Origin: Candidatus Thermofontivivens primus
GTDB lineage: Bacteria > Sysuimicrobiota > Sysuimicrobiia > Sysuimicrobiales > Thermofontiviventaceae
Assembly (NCBI GenBank): GCA_031458695.1
Contig: JAVKJW010000013.1
Span: 1-63,613 of the forward strand
Length of the DNA: 63,613 nt
Reading direction: 5' to 3'
Positions 1 through 9,832 of the stretch are shown piece by piece. The position numbers were made by a program, and so were the translations under genes. The notes below the pieces were generated by a model that did no database searches, was not told where the DNA came from, and saw only the letters and a program-made list of their open reading frames with translations. How positions within the stretch are numbered: position 1 is the stretch's first letter; every line of letters starts with the position of its first letter.

Positions 1-949
1 AGGGTCCTGATCGTGCTGGATACAGGGTTCAACTCCCAGGAGAACCGACGTATCCTGCAAGGCGCTGGAGATCATTACATCATCGGGGAGAAACTGCGGG
101 TAGGTGCAAAGGGGATCCCCGCTGAAGCGCTGCGACGGGGTGGCAAGTACCGCAAGCTCCCCGACGGCCTCCTCATTAAGGAGGTCATCGTAGGAGGGGA
201 TAGCGTCGCCCGCAGGCGCTTCGTCATTGTCCATAACCCCGAGGAAGCCGAGCGAGACCGCAAGAAGCGGTCCTCCATCTTGGCCGAACTTCGCAAGCGC
301 CTAGTAGAACTCAAGCAGCTCCGGGGGGAAGCCCACACAAAAGCTGCCTGTGCCCTGCGATCTCATGAGACCTTCGGGCGGTACCTGCGTCAGACCCAGA
401 CTGGACGCCTGGTGATCGACCGTGCCAAGATCCGTCGAGAGAGCCGGCTCGATGGGAAATTCCTGATCAGTAGCTCCGACGACTTCCTGCCTGCGGAAGA
501 TCTGGTCTATGGCTACAAGCAGCTCGCCCAGGTGGAGAGGGTCCATCGGGATCTGAAGCATGTCGTCGACGTGCGCCCCATGTACCACCGGCTCGAAGAC
601 CGCATCCGCTCCCATGTCCTACTGTGCTGGCTTGCGCTGTTGATGATCCGGGTGGCCGAAAACGAAACTGGCCTCACCTGGAGACAGATGAAGGATCTCC
701 TCAGCTCCATCGATGTGGGTCACCATGCCACCAGCAACGGGGAGGTCTACGAGGTACGACCCCTCAATGACCAACAGAAGACTCTGTTCCGAACTCTGCA
801 GGTGGACACACCACCCCACTACCTCAAGATCGTTGCGAACCCTCGGAAGGGCACGTAGATACAACCGTTTTGCCTACATTGGAAGCCTAAGATCCCATTA
901 AATGGCGCTCTAAGCCCAGGAGTTTGTGCTATTGACTGTACAACTCAGG
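1..949 (+). mobile_element. IS1634-family insertion sequence, right part (left end outside window)
   Basis: Transposase ORF open from the window edge to 858; putative right terminal repeat ...ACTGTACAACTCAGG ending at 949 resembles IS1634-type ends. Confidence 0.75.
13..858 (+). CDS. IS1634-family DDE transposase, C-terminal part (5' truncated by window)
   Basis: DTGFNSQEN, DGKFLISS, YKQLAQVERVHRDLK, RPMYHRLEDRIRSHVLLCWLAL motifs. Confidence 0.85.
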   Translation: MLDTGFNSQENRRILQGAGDHYIIGEKLRVGAKGIPAEALRRGGKYRKLPDGLLIKEVIVGGDSVARRRFVIVHNPEEAERDRKKRSSILAELRKRLVELKQLRGEAHTKAACALRSHETFGRYLRQTQTGRLVIDRAKIRRESRLDGKFLISSSDDFLPAEDLVYGYKQLAQVERVHRDLKHVVDVRPMYHRLEDRIRSHVLLCWLALLMIRVAENETGLTWRQMKDLLSSIDVGHHATSNGEVYEVRPLNDQQKTLFRTLQVDTPPHYLKIVANPRKGT

Positions 950-1129
950 CCCAACGCAATACCTATTTAGGATGAACATGTTCCCCTATTCCCGAATGAT
1001 TCGAAGGTACTCCGGCAATAGCCTAATTGAGTTTTGGCAGGCCCCTCCAAAATAGAAAGTTTGTAGGAGTATGGCCTTCCAAGAAATATGGAACAGAGCG
1101 TATGGTATGGAGAAAGGGAGGTGAGGGGA

Positions 1130-1543
1130 GTGAAATCCTATACAGAGTACCTCTGGTTCAATACCAAGCGAAAGCGCGAGTACATCCATATTACACCACA
1201 GGTAGAAGAGGCCGTCCGCAAGAGCGGGATCAAAGAAGGGTTCGTCTTGGTCTCTGCCATGCATATCACCGCAGCGGTGTTCGTGAATGACGATGAGGAA
1301 GGGTTCCTGCAGGACCTAGATGAGCTGCTGGAGCGCCTTGCCCCAGAGGGAAAGGACTACCATCACCATCGCACGGGAGAAACCAATGGGGATGCGCATC
1401 TGAAGAATATGCTCGTCCATCACCAGGTCATCCTCCCAGTGACGGAAGGGAGGCTGGATTTGGGCCCCTGGCAGCGTGTCTTCTACGGGGAGTTCGACGG
1501 CAAGCGGCGGAAACGGGTGATCATCAAAGTCATTGGAGAGTGA
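1130..1543 (+). CDS. yjbQ: YjbQ/UPF0047 family protein
   Basis: [33 protein letters not shown] start at 1130 after GGAGGTGAGG. Confidence 0.9.
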   Translation: MKSYTEYLWFNTKRKREYIHITPQVEEAVRKSGIKEGFVLVSAMHITAAVFVNDDEEGFLQDLDELLERLAPEGKDYHHHRTGETNGDAHLKNMLVHHQVILPVTEGRLDLGPWQRVFYGEFDGKRRKRVIIKVIGE

Positions 1544-1611
1544 CATTCCCATCGCCCTGTGCCGCATGCCATAGAGCAGTCTGGAGGGAAATTCCTTTGA
1601 GATGCTAAGTA

Positions 1612-1654
1612 CCCAGCCAACTCCAACTCTCTTGTCGAGATTTTGCTGGGGGCC
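1612..1654. repeat. Dispersed intergenic palindromic repeat, copy A
   Basis: 1625-1651 matches 47275-47301 at 25/27 nt; CCCAGC...GCTGGG arms. Confidence 0.6.
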
Positions 1655-1697
1655 TTTTGGCTGGCTACCTAGGAGAGGGCAATGCCAACGGGCGAGT

Positions 1698-2909
1698 TCA
1701 GGTTGCTGCTCCCTTCTCTCCCTCTGGCGCAGGTTCCTGGGGTGGTTCGCTGGGGCCTCTCGCTTCGATGACGCGCCGCAACAGTTCCCCCGCCACATCC
1801 CCAATGGTCAAGTGTTCCTGCTCCTGACTCTTCAAGTAATCTTTCACCTGCTGGCGTTCCTTTTCTCGCAAGGCGCGCCGAATACTCAGGATCATCCGCC
1901 TCTCCTCAGGGCGGATCTCGGTAATGAGCGCCTCCACTGTCTGTCCAACTTGGACGAACTCCTCGATCTTGGGAACCCTGCGCTCGGCAAGCTCAGAGGC
2001 AGGGATGAACGCATCCAGATCCTTCAGACGCACGAATACGCCGGAGGGCGCAATCCGGACGACCTTCCCCTTGACGAGCTGCCCTACTTGGTATCGGGTC
2101 TCCACCCCTTGCCACGGATCGTCGAGGATCTGCTTGAGCCCGAGGGAGATCTTCCCATTCTCCCGGTCTACCCGGAGGACATAGACATTCAGTTTTTGCT
2201 TTCGCCGCACGACCTCCGAGGGGTGCTTGATATAGGTCCAGGACATCTCGCTGATGGGGAGGAGACCATCAACCCCTCCCAGATCGATGAAGGCCCCAAA
2301 GTCGGTGATCCGCTTGACAACACCTTCGACAACCTGTCCCTCTTGGAGGGTCGAGAAGATCTCCTCGCGCCGCCTGGCCCGCTCCTCCTCAACGGCCAGC
2401 TTGTGGGAGAGGATCACCCGATTCTTCCCCCGGTCCACCTCGATGACCTTCAGGGGGATGGACTGGCCGACGAACCATTCGAACCGCCGCCCCTTGGCCT
2501 GGGTGAGGTCCACGTGGGATCCAGGGACGAACCCCCGCACGCCTAGGTCCACCACCAGCCCACCCTTCACCCTGTCCACCACCATAGCGTGGATGATCTT
2601 GCCCGTCTCATAAGCGTCCAGAATTCGCTCCCAAGCCCGCAGGAAATCGGCCTTCCGCTTGCTTAAAATGATGTGCCCCTCCTCCCCCTCCACGCGCATC
2701 ACGTACACATCGATTTTGTCCCCTACATTCACTTCAGCGAACGCCTCCCGGTTCTGTGCCACCTCCTTAGGAGGGATAATCCCCTCGGACTTCGCCCCGA
2801 CGTCCACAAGTACCCCCTCGCTATCGACGCGAACCACCGTCCCCTGGACGATCTGTCGTTCTTGGAGGGTTGGAATGGCTTCAGAAAGGTCGATCTTCTC
2901 CTCGGTCAT
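1698..2909 (-). CDS. rpsA: 30S ribosomal protein S1 (short, four S1 domains)
   Basis: Repeated S1 motifs VDVGAKSEG, VKGGLVVD, DFGAFIDLGGVDGLL. Confidence 0.92.
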   Translation of the reverse strand: MTEEKIDLSEAIPTLQERQIVQGTVVRVDSEGVLVDVGAKSEGIIPPKEVAQNREAFAEVNVGDKIDVYVMRVEGEEGHIILSKRKADFLRAWERILDAYETGKIIHAMVVDRVKGGLVVDLGVRGFVPGSHVDLTQAKGRRFEWFVGQSIPLKVIEVDRGKNRVILSHKLAVEEERARRREEIFSTLQEGQVVEGVVKRITDFGAFIDLGGVDGLLPISEMSWTYIKHPSEVVRRKQKLNVYVLRVDRENGKISLGLKQILDDPWQGVETRYQVGQLVKGKVVRIAPSGVFVRLKDLDAFIPASELAERRVPKIEEFVQVGQTVEALITEIRPEERRMILSIRRALREKERQQVKDYLKSQEQEHLTIGDVAGELLRRVIEARGPSEPPQEPAPEGEKGAAT

Positions 2910-2996
2910 CTCCAGCTACCACCTTTCTCCAAAGATCCATTATCGGAAGAGGAAGATAGCGCTCCGTTTTCCTCCAAGGGTCGGACAAAACATCTT

Positions 2997-3024
2997 TATT
3001 CGGCACCCCCCTCCCGTTTCCTCC
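2997..3024 (-). promoter_or_regulatory. SigH-like promoter motif GGAGGAA-N14-CCGAATA upstream of rpsA
   Basis: Same motif with same spacing at 23514-23541; resembles the B. subtilis sigma-H AGGA...GAAT consensus. Confidence 0.5.
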
Positions 3025-3031
3025 CAGAGGA

Positions 3032-4072
3032 TCATGTTTTTAAGATCACTTTCAGTGCCTCCCCCCGGTCAAACAGGAGGTATCCTTGGGGAGCCTCCTC
3101 GAGGGGGAGGGTATGTGTAATGAGCGAGGAAGGATCGAGCCGCCCATGGAGGATCATCGCGAGGGCTTCCTCCATATACGCATGGACGTTCGCCAGCCCA
3201 TGGCGCACAGTCATCCCCTTGAGGAAGGCCTCCCGGATGGGGAAAGGGAAGGTCTCCTCTGCGAACACCCCAATGACAGCAAGGACCCCACCGGGACGGA
3301 CGAGGCGGGTGGCCAAGGTGAGCGCCACCTCCGTCCCAACTGCTTCGATCACTACATCCGCTCCCCGACCCCCAGTCAGGCGGTTGACCACGGCAAGGGG
3401 ATCCTCCCGGTCGATGTTGACGGGGATGCACCCAATCCGCTCTGCGAACGCAAGGCGGGTGGGAATGCGATCCACGGCCACGACTTTGGCAGCCCCATAT
3501 GTGTACGCGACCATCTGCGTGAGGAGCCCGACGGGACCACATCCCACAACGGCCACGATATCGCCGGGTTGGACCTCCCCGATCTCTGCGGCAAAGAAGG
3601 CCGTACCCAGGGTATCCCCCACGAACACCGCTTGCTCGTCAGTGACCTCCGGTGGAACCCGGAAGAGGGTTGTGTCGGCAAAGGGGATCCTGGCGTACTC
3701 TGCCTGGGTCCCCTGGAGGCTCCCGAAGAAAAGCCCGTAGCCAAAGATCATGCTGTTCTCACAATGGGTGTACAGGCGCCTGCGGCAGTACCAGCAAGCG
3801 CCACAGGCTGTCCGGAACGCTCCCCCCACACGGTCCCCCTTCTTGAACCTCCGGACACCCGGGCCCACCTCCTCGACGACCCCTACATATTCGTGACCAA
3901 TCACTGTACCCGGTAGGATCCCCGGAATCCGCCCCCGGTAAATGTGGAGGTCAGATCCGCAGATGGCAGTGGTTGTGATCCGGATGACCACATCAAGCGG
4001 ATCCACGAGATGCGGTGGGTCCACCTCTCCTACGCGTACATCCCTTGGAGCATGCCAGGTAAGTGCCTTCAT
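3032..4072 (-). CDS. Zn-dependent alcohol/formaldehyde dehydrogenase-like protein (MDR family)
   Basis: ICGSDLH, GHEYVG, CGACWYC...C structural Zn site, GCGPVG. Confidence 0.9.
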   Translation of the reverse strand: MKALTWHAPRDVRVGEVDPPHLVDPLDVVIRITTTAICGSDLHIYRGRIPGILPGTVIGHEYVGVVEEVGPGVRRFKKGDRVGGAFRTACGACWYCRRRLYTHCENSMIFGYGLFFGSLQGTQAEYARIPFADTTLFRVPPEVTDEQAVFVGDTLGTAFFAAEIGEVQPGDIVAVVGCGPVGLLTQMVAYTYGAAKVVAVDRIPTRLAFAERIGCIPVNIDREDPLAVVNRLTGGRGADVVIEAVGTEVALTLATRLVRPGGVLAVIGVFAEETFPFPIREAFLKGMTVRHGLANVHAYMEEALAMILHGRLDPSSLITHTLPLEEAPQGYLLFDRGEALKVILKT

Positions 4073-4503
4073 GGTCCTCCCCGCTCATCAGGAAACTCTG
4101 TAGGAATCGTCCTCGCAGCCTCTACCAGTTCCTGAGCCCCACGGGCGAACCGGACGATCACCCCAATATCCCCCTGCAGGCGCAGGCGTCCTAGGACAAT
4201 GGCACGGATAGGATCCAGTTCCTTGTTGAGGATCTGCTTCCAGGTGTAATAGTCCCCTGAGACGACATAGGGCGCTTGCTGCGCTTCCTCCCCGCGAACA
4301 ATGGATGCCCTTCTGCACTCCCCATGGTACAGATCAAGCCAGATCCCCTGGTCCTCGGGATACCCGATCTCCGCGGACTTTGTGAGAACGAGTACGAGAG
4401 GCCACTCCCACTCAGCCGCGGCCTCCCGGTAAGCAGCGCTCTGGTTGATTGCCTCACAGAACTTGGCGACCCACTCCTCGCTGAAGAACCTGTACTTCTC
4501 CAC
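4069..4503 (-). CDS. SCP2 sterol/lipid-binding domain protein
   Basis: FFSEEW...LYHGEC...LDPIRAIVLGRLRLQGD; GTG start at 4503 after AAAGGGGG. Confidence 0.8.
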   Translation of the reverse strand: MEKYRFFSEEWVAKFCEAINQSAAYREAAAEWEWPLVLVLTKSAEIGYPEDQGIWLDLYHGECRRASIVRGEEAQQAPYVVSGDYYTWKQILNKELDPIRAIVLGRLRLQGDIGVIVRFARGAQELVEAARTIPTEFPDERGGP

Positions 4504-4653
4504 GTTGTTTCCCCCTTTCGTCCCCGCCCATAGTCTTGAGACCCTTGCCGGGCCCTCCATGCCAGTGTGGAGCACCCGCCAAGATGCGCAGCATCTGGGG
4601 GGTGGAAACAGGGTCCAAAGCAACACTGCATTGATGAGATCTTGCCGGGCTCC

Positions 4654-5700
4654 TTAAAGATTCCAATGCGCGAGAAGGATCTTCCGGACCCCACCGACAC
4701 GTTCACGAATGGACCAGTAGGGGACCTCCTTAGCTTCGGGAGGCTTCTCCTCCACCCCTAGAGATTCCCCTGAGAATGCTTCTATTGTCGCCAGGACTGA
4801 GGAGACGAGACCGTCCAGGTCGTAGCCACCTTCCAGGAGAGCCACAACCCTCCCTCCGGCCCACCGGTCGGCAATTTCCCGTGCCCAGGCCGCGAACGAG
4901 CGGAAACCTTCTGCTGTGACCAGCATCCGCCCGAGCGGATCCCGATAGTGGGAATCGTACCCTGCCGAGATCAGCACCAGCTGAGGCTTAAACGCATCCC
5001 CTAAGGGCAGAATCACCTCCTCGAACACGTGGCGGTAGCCCTCATCCCCTGTCCCTTCAGGGAGGGGGATGTTGACAGTAAACCCTTCCCCGTCGCCAGC
5101 TCCCACCTCTTCCATGGAACCGGTCCCAGGGTACCAGTTCTCCTGGTGGGTGGAAAGGTAGAGTACCGAGCGGTCTTGATAGAAGATCTCCTGGGTCCCG
5201 TTCCCGTGGTGGACATCCCAGTCGATCAGGAAGATTCGCTCAACGCCATAGCGCTCTCGGGCGAAGGTTGCGGCTACAGCAACGTTGTTAAAAAGGCAGA
5301 ATCCCATCGCACGCTCCGGGAGGGCATGGTGGCCAGGAGGACGAACCAGCGCCATCGCGCACTGGACCCTTCCCTCCATGACCTGCCGGACCGCTTCCAC
5401 TGCTCCTCCAGCTGCGAGGAGAGCGATCTCATAGGACTTTGGGGAGACGGCGGTGTCCGGATCGAGCATCCCCCCACCCCTGCGGGCAGCCTGCTCAATG
5501 AGGCGGATGTATTCAGGGCGATGGACCTGAGCAAGGAGGTCCCATTCGACTGGCTGAGGAGCGACGACAGGGAACTTGTCAAAGGCTCCCCGTTCCCGCA
5601 GCGCCTCGCGGATCGCCTGGAGACGCTGCGGCCGCTCGGGGTGGCCAGGAGGGGTGATGTGCTGGTCGTACTCCTCGTGGGTGATGATGGCAAGACGCAT
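4654..5700 (-). CDS. Histone deacetylase family (AcuC/HDAC-like) amidohydrolase
   Basis: HPERPQR, RPPGHHA, GFCLFNNVA, DWDVHHGNGTQ, LEGGY. Confidence 0.93.
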   Translation of the reverse strand: MRLAIITHEEYDQHITPPGHPERPQRLQAIREALRERGAFDKFPVVAPQPVEWDLLAQVHRPEYIRLIEQAARRGGGMLDPDTAVSPKSYEIALLAAGGAVEAVRQVMEGRVQCAMALVRPPGHHALPERAMGFCLFNNVAVAATFARERYGVERIFLIDWDVHHGNGTQEIFYQDRSVLYLSTHQENWYPGTGSMEEVGAGDGEGFTVNIPLPEGTGDEGYRHVFEEVILPLGDAFKPQLVLISAGYDSHYRDPLGRMLVTAEGFRSFAAWAREIADRWAGGRVVALLEGGYDLDGLVSSVLATIEAFSGESLGVEEKPPEAKEVPYWSIRERVGGVRKILLAHWNL

Positions 5701-5706
5701 TCGCTC

Positions 5707-6429
5707 TTACCTCCCTCCCTCCTTCCGCGCAGCCATCAGCGCGGCTTCCCGGAGACGAGAGATCGCGCGAGCAGGGCCATGAGGGGATCCGAAGATCGCG
5801 GATGCCGCAACCACGATCGTTGCCCCAGCCTCCACCACAGCAGGTATCGTAGAGTCGTTGAGGCCCCCATCCACCTCGATCGCGACAGGAAGTCCTCGGG
5901 AGGCGATCTGTTCTTGCAACCACCGGATCTTCGGCAGGACCTGGGGGATGAACTCCTGCCCGCTGAACCCCGGGTTGACCGTCATGACAAGGACCCCATC
6001 GACCTCCTCTAGCACCCATTCAACCATCTGGGGTGGGGTTGCGGGGTTGAGGGCAACGCAGGGGGAAACGCCGAGTGCCCGGATCGCCCGGAGGGTCCGG
6101 TGAAGGTGTAGGCTGGCCTCCACGTGCACGGAGATCATATCTGCACCTGCCCTGACAAAGCTCTCCAGGTGGCGTTCTGGCTCAACAATCATCAGGTGGA
6201 CATCCAGGGGGAGGCGCGTGGAGCGCCGGATTGCTTCGACAACCACTGGGCCGAAGGTGAGGTTGGGGACGAAGCGTCCATCCATGACGTCGATGTGGAT
6301 CAGGTCAGCGCCCCCTTCCTCAACGGCTTTGAGCTCCTCACCAAGCCGACTCAGATCAGCGGCAAGGATGGAGGCAGCAATTCTGACCCCCGAGGACCCC
6401 GTGAAGAAATCCCGCCCTAACCGGCTCAT
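5707..6429 (-). CDS. rpe: Ribulose-phosphate 3-epimerase
   Basis: HIDVMDGRFVPNLTFG, DVHLM, MTVNPGFSGQ, VDGG. Confidence 0.95.
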   Translation of the reverse strand: MSRLGRDFFTGSSGVRIAASILAADLSRLGEELKAVEEGGADLIHIDVMDGRFVPNLTFGPVVVEAIRRSTRLPLDVHLMIVEPERHLESFVRAGADMISVHVEASLHLHRTLRAIRALGVSPCVALNPATPPQMVEWVLEEVDGVLVMTVNPGFSGQEFIPQVLPKIRWLQEQIASRGLPVAIEVDGGLNDSTIPAVVEAGATIVVAASAIFGSPHGPARAISRLREAALMAARKEGGR

Positions 6430-8315
6430 TGCGGCCTGATCTCCTGGAACAAAGTATTCTCAATGTACACTTGGATCACCGTATACCCGATGCTGTGGAT
6501 CACTTCATCGATCCGGTCCCCAGGGGCATGTATCTGGCGGTAGACCTCCCTTGGCCCCTGGTCGTCGATGACCACGATGCGGACCTCTTGTTGAGGTGGC
6601 CCTTGTGGGACGATCATCTGGAGGTGAGTCCTCCGTTCGTTCCCCTGGCTTGGGAGAGGCTCTGTGGTAACTCCTGGAAAAGACGGGACGGGGATGAGCA
6701 CCACGATGGAGACTGGGGAAGCCTGGGGAACCCGTGTGCCGGGGGAAGGGGTTTGGCTTTCGATCCTCTCCACCTGAAGACCAGGGGAAGGTTTCCGCTG
6801 CACCTCTCCCAAGGAGAGGCCTGTCTGTCGGAGGAGCCCTTCTGCCTCCCGGAGGGTTTTCCCAATGAGCGCTGGGACCTCCACGAGCTGCGGCCCCTTG
6901 CTCACCACCAAGGAAACGGTGCTTCCTCGCTCCACGCGGACGCCAGGCTGGGGCTCCTGGTTGAGCACCGTCCCGGGTTTCGCTTCGGGATGGAAGATCT
7001 CTCGCACCGCACCGCGAAGCCTCGCCTGCTCGAGGAGAAGCTTAGCCTCCTCCACCTCCTTCCCAACCACACTGGGAACCTGGACCAGCTCGGGACCAAG
7101 ACTCACCACGACGTTTACCGTACGTCCCTCCTTGACGCGGCGTTCAGGGGGAGGATCCTGACTGATGATCGCCCCCGCGGGAACAGTCTCGCTATAGGCC
7201 TCTTGGACGACTTGGAGGGCCAATTTGGCCCGTTGCACTACCGTTTGTGCTTCCACCAGGGAGAGGTTCTTCAGATCGGGCACGACGACCTCTGGGACGT
7301 TGAGGTAGTCGGTAAGCGCCTGCCAACCCGCCCATGCTGCTCCCATGAAGACGGTAAGGAGGACCACGGCGATCCAGTACGCCGGCCTCCTGCGAGGCTG
7401 CGCTCCCTGCCTTGCTGCGGGGAAGATTACGGTACGCGTTTCTTCCTCCCCTTGTCGGTCGGGCTCTTGAGCCCTCCACCGTTCACTCTTTCGCAGAAGG
7501 TCCTCGCGCATCTCCGCGGCTGACCGGTATCTCCACCGTGGATCCTTCACCAGAGCCCGGAGGATGATCCCCTCAAGCCAGTCAGGGATTTCCGGATTCA
7601 GGAGAGAGGGCCTTGGAGGCGGCTCATGGAGGTGCTTGAGGGCTACAGCAATGGGACTCTCCCCATCGAAGGGCAACCTGCCCGTGACCATCTCAAAAAG
7701 GACGACCCCTAGGGCATAGAGATCGGTTGCCTGGTCCACGTGCGCTCCCCGCGCCTGCTCTGGACTGAGGTAGTGAATGGTCCCAAGCATCTCGCCGGTC
7801 TGGGTGATGGATGCGGAGGCCAGAGCTCTGGCAATGCCAAAGTCAGTCACTTTCACCTGTCCTTCAGGGGTGATCAGGATGTTCTGGGGTTTGATATCCC
7901 GGTGGACGATTCCGTGGCTGTGAGCATATTCGAGGACGTCGCAGACCTGCACCGCAATGGAGATGGCCTCTTCCGGGGAGAGCCTGCCACGACGGCGAAG
8001 GAACTGCTTGAGGTTCTCCCCCGGAACATACTCCATCACGATATAGTGGATCTCCCCTTCCACCCCCCGACCCAGGATCTGGACCATATGGGGGTGGGAG
8101 AGCTGCGAGATCGAGCTGGCTTCCCTGGCAAATCGCTCGAGGAACTCCGTGTTGTTGCTCAGATGGGGACGCAGAATCTTAATGGCAACCGGGACCCCGT
8201 CGCGTACGCGCCGACCTTTGTAGACGGTGGCCATTCCCCCCTCGCCGATCCACTCTTGGAGCTCGTACTCCCCTCCAAGGATGATCCCCGTGGCGATCTC
8301 CATCCCTCTCTCCAC
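6426..8315 (-). CDS. pknB: PASTA-domain Ser/Thr protein kinase (PknB/PrkC/Stk1)
   Basis: GEGGMATVY, HRDIKPQN, DFGIA, one TM segment, three PASTA repeats. Confidence 0.95.
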   Translation of the reverse strand: MERGMEIATGIILGGEYELQEWIGEGGMATVYKGRRVRDGVPVAIKILRPHLSNNTEFLERFAREASSISQLSHPHMVQILGRGVEGEIHYIVMEYVPGENLKQFLRRRGRLSPEEAISIAVQVCDVLEYAHSHGIVHRDIKPQNILITPEGQVKVTDFGIARALASASITQTGEMLGTIHYLSPEQARGAHVDQATDLYALGVVLFEMVTGRLPFDGESPIAVALKHLHEPPPRPSLLNPEIPDWLEGIILRALVKDPRWRYRSAAEMREDLLRKSERWRAQEPDRQGEEETRTVIFPAARQGAQPRRRPAYWIAVVLLTVFMGAAWAGWQALTDYLNVPEVVVPDLKNLSLVEAQTVVQRAKLALQVVQEAYSETVPAGAIISQDPPPERRVKEGRTVNVVVSLGPELVQVPSVVGKEVEEAKLLLEQARLRGAVREIFHPEAKPGTVLNQEPQPGVRVERGSTVSLVVSKGPQLVEVPALIGKTLREAEGLLRQTGLSLGEVQRKPSPGLQVERIESQTPSPGTRVPQASPVSIVVLIPVPSFPGVTTEPLPSQGNERRTHLQMIVPQGPPQQEVRIVVIDDQGPREVYRQIHAPGDRIDEVIHSIGYTVIQVYIENTLFQEIRPQ

Positions 8316-8388
8316 GCCTTCCCTTCACTAATTCCTTACTCCTCCGGAGAACCCTCTCAGATGCCTAGCGAAATCTTCTACCCAGTAC

Positions 8389-9762
8389 TTAGCTCAAAAC
8401 CATCCTGGCGATGAAAAACCCATCTGTCCCATGGATGTGCGGATAAAGGAAGGCCATCCCCTGCCGTGCCATCTCCCGCTGGCCATCCTGAAGGGGAAAA
8501 GGGAGGTAAGGGGTGAGGTCTGTAGGGGAGAAGCGCGGGAATCTCCGCAGGAATATTTGGATGACCTCCTCTGTCTCCTCTCGCTCAAGGGTGCAGACGC
8601 TGTATACCAAAACTCCCCCGGGTTTGAGCGCATCTGCCACTCCCCCAAGGAGCTCTACCTGGAGCTTCTGGAGCTCTTGGAGATCCTCGGGTTGCACCCG
8701 CCACTTCACCTCAGGGCGACGCCGGACGACCCCGAGACCGGAACAAGGCGCGTCCACGAGAACCCCATCGGCAATGCCCGGGAAGCGTTTCCCTGTCTCC
8801 CTGGCGTCCAGGTGGTGCGCCTCCACGATTTCGATCCCAAGGCGGGCGCAATGGCGGGAAAGCGCTTGGAGCTTTCCCGGATGGATATCCAGGGCAAGGA
8901 TCCTCCCTTGGTTCCGCATCCACTCACCGATGTGGGTGGTCTTCCCCCCAGGAGCAGCACAGGCGTCGATCACCACCCAACCGGGAGAGGGGTTGAGAGC
9001 ATGGACCACCGCCATCGCCCCTTCATCCTGAAAGGAGACAAGGCCCTCCTCAAAGAGCCTTTGCCGTTCCTCTACAGGGCCGCCATGGATGCGCACAGCC
9101 TCCACAAGGAAGGGGCTTGGTTCCACGTGAACGCCCGCTTCCCGTAGCCTGGAGAGCACCTCCTCCCGTGTTGCCCGGAGGGAGTTGACGCGCAGGCAGG
9201 TTGGAGGAACCTGGTTGTTCGCCTCACACAGCGCCCTCGCTCCTTCCCACCCGAACCTCTCCACCCACCTGCGGACGAGCCAGGAAGGGTGAGAGTAGGC
9301 GATGGAAAGGTAGCCAGCAGGGTCCTCCTCCTCACGAGGGAGGGGAGGCTCCCCCTCTGTACCCAAGCGCCGGAGAACTGCGTTCACCAGGGAAGCGGTC
9401 CCTGCGTGTCCCACCTGTTTGGCAAGTTCCACACTCGTGGAAACAGCGACGGCCTTGGGGATGCGGGAGAGGAAGAGGAGCTGGTAAGCTCCGAGCCGGA
9501 GGATCGACCGGATCAAAGGAGGAAGGGATTCCAAGGGGTAGTGCAGGAAGTGGCCGAGAGCACGGTCAACCCGCAGGCGGTGACGGAGCGTTCCAAGAAC
9601 CAGCTCGCTGATGAGCCCCCGCTCCTCCTCGTCGAGGTGCTCCCCTGCCTTTTGGAGGAGAATGTTGCTATACGCTGCCCCTTCTTCGACCCTTGTCAGG
9701 ATCTCCAAAGCAACCTTGCGACTGGAACGCTCCCCCATCGCATCAGATTTCCACGTTTTCAT
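8389..9762 (-). CDS. rsmB: 16S rRNA m5C967 methyltransferase RsmB/Sun (start may be 9738)
   Basis: NusB-like N-terminus, DACAAPGGKT, DAPCSGLG, YSVCT; position after fmt. Confidence 0.92.
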   Translation of the reverse strand: MKTWKSDAMGERSSRKVALEILTRVEEGAAYSNILLQKAGEHLDEEERGLISELVLGTLRHRLRVDRALGHFLHYPLESLPPLIRSILRLGAYQLLFLSRIPKAVAVSTSVELAKQVGHAGTASLVNAVLRRLGTEGEPPLPREEEDPAGYLSIAYSHPSWLVRRWVERFGWEGARALCEANNQVPPTCLRVNSLRATREEVLSRLREAGVHVEPSPFLVEAVRIHGGPVEERQRLFEEGLVSFQDEGAMAVVHALNPSPGWVVIDACAAPGGKTTHIGEWMRNQGRILALDIHPGKLQALSRHCARLGIEIVEAHHLDARETGKRFPGIADGVLVDAPCSGLGVVRRRPEVKWRVQPEDLQELQKLQVELLGGVADALKPGGVLVYSVCTLEREETEEVIQIFLRRFPRFSPTDLTPYLPFPLQDGQREMARQGMAFLYPHIHGTDGFFIARMVLS

Positions 9763-9832
9763 CAGATCTGGGTCCTAGATATTTTTGGGAGGGGCACAGC
9801 GATGCTGTGCCCCTCCCAAGAGCTCGGGAGCG

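Noticed and set aside
1602..2546. Long antisense ORFs (e.g. 1602-2546, 6429-7523, 23778-24947, 41272-42765)
   Set aside because: Shadow frames of well-supported genes on the opposite strand in GC-rich DNA; no recognisable motifs
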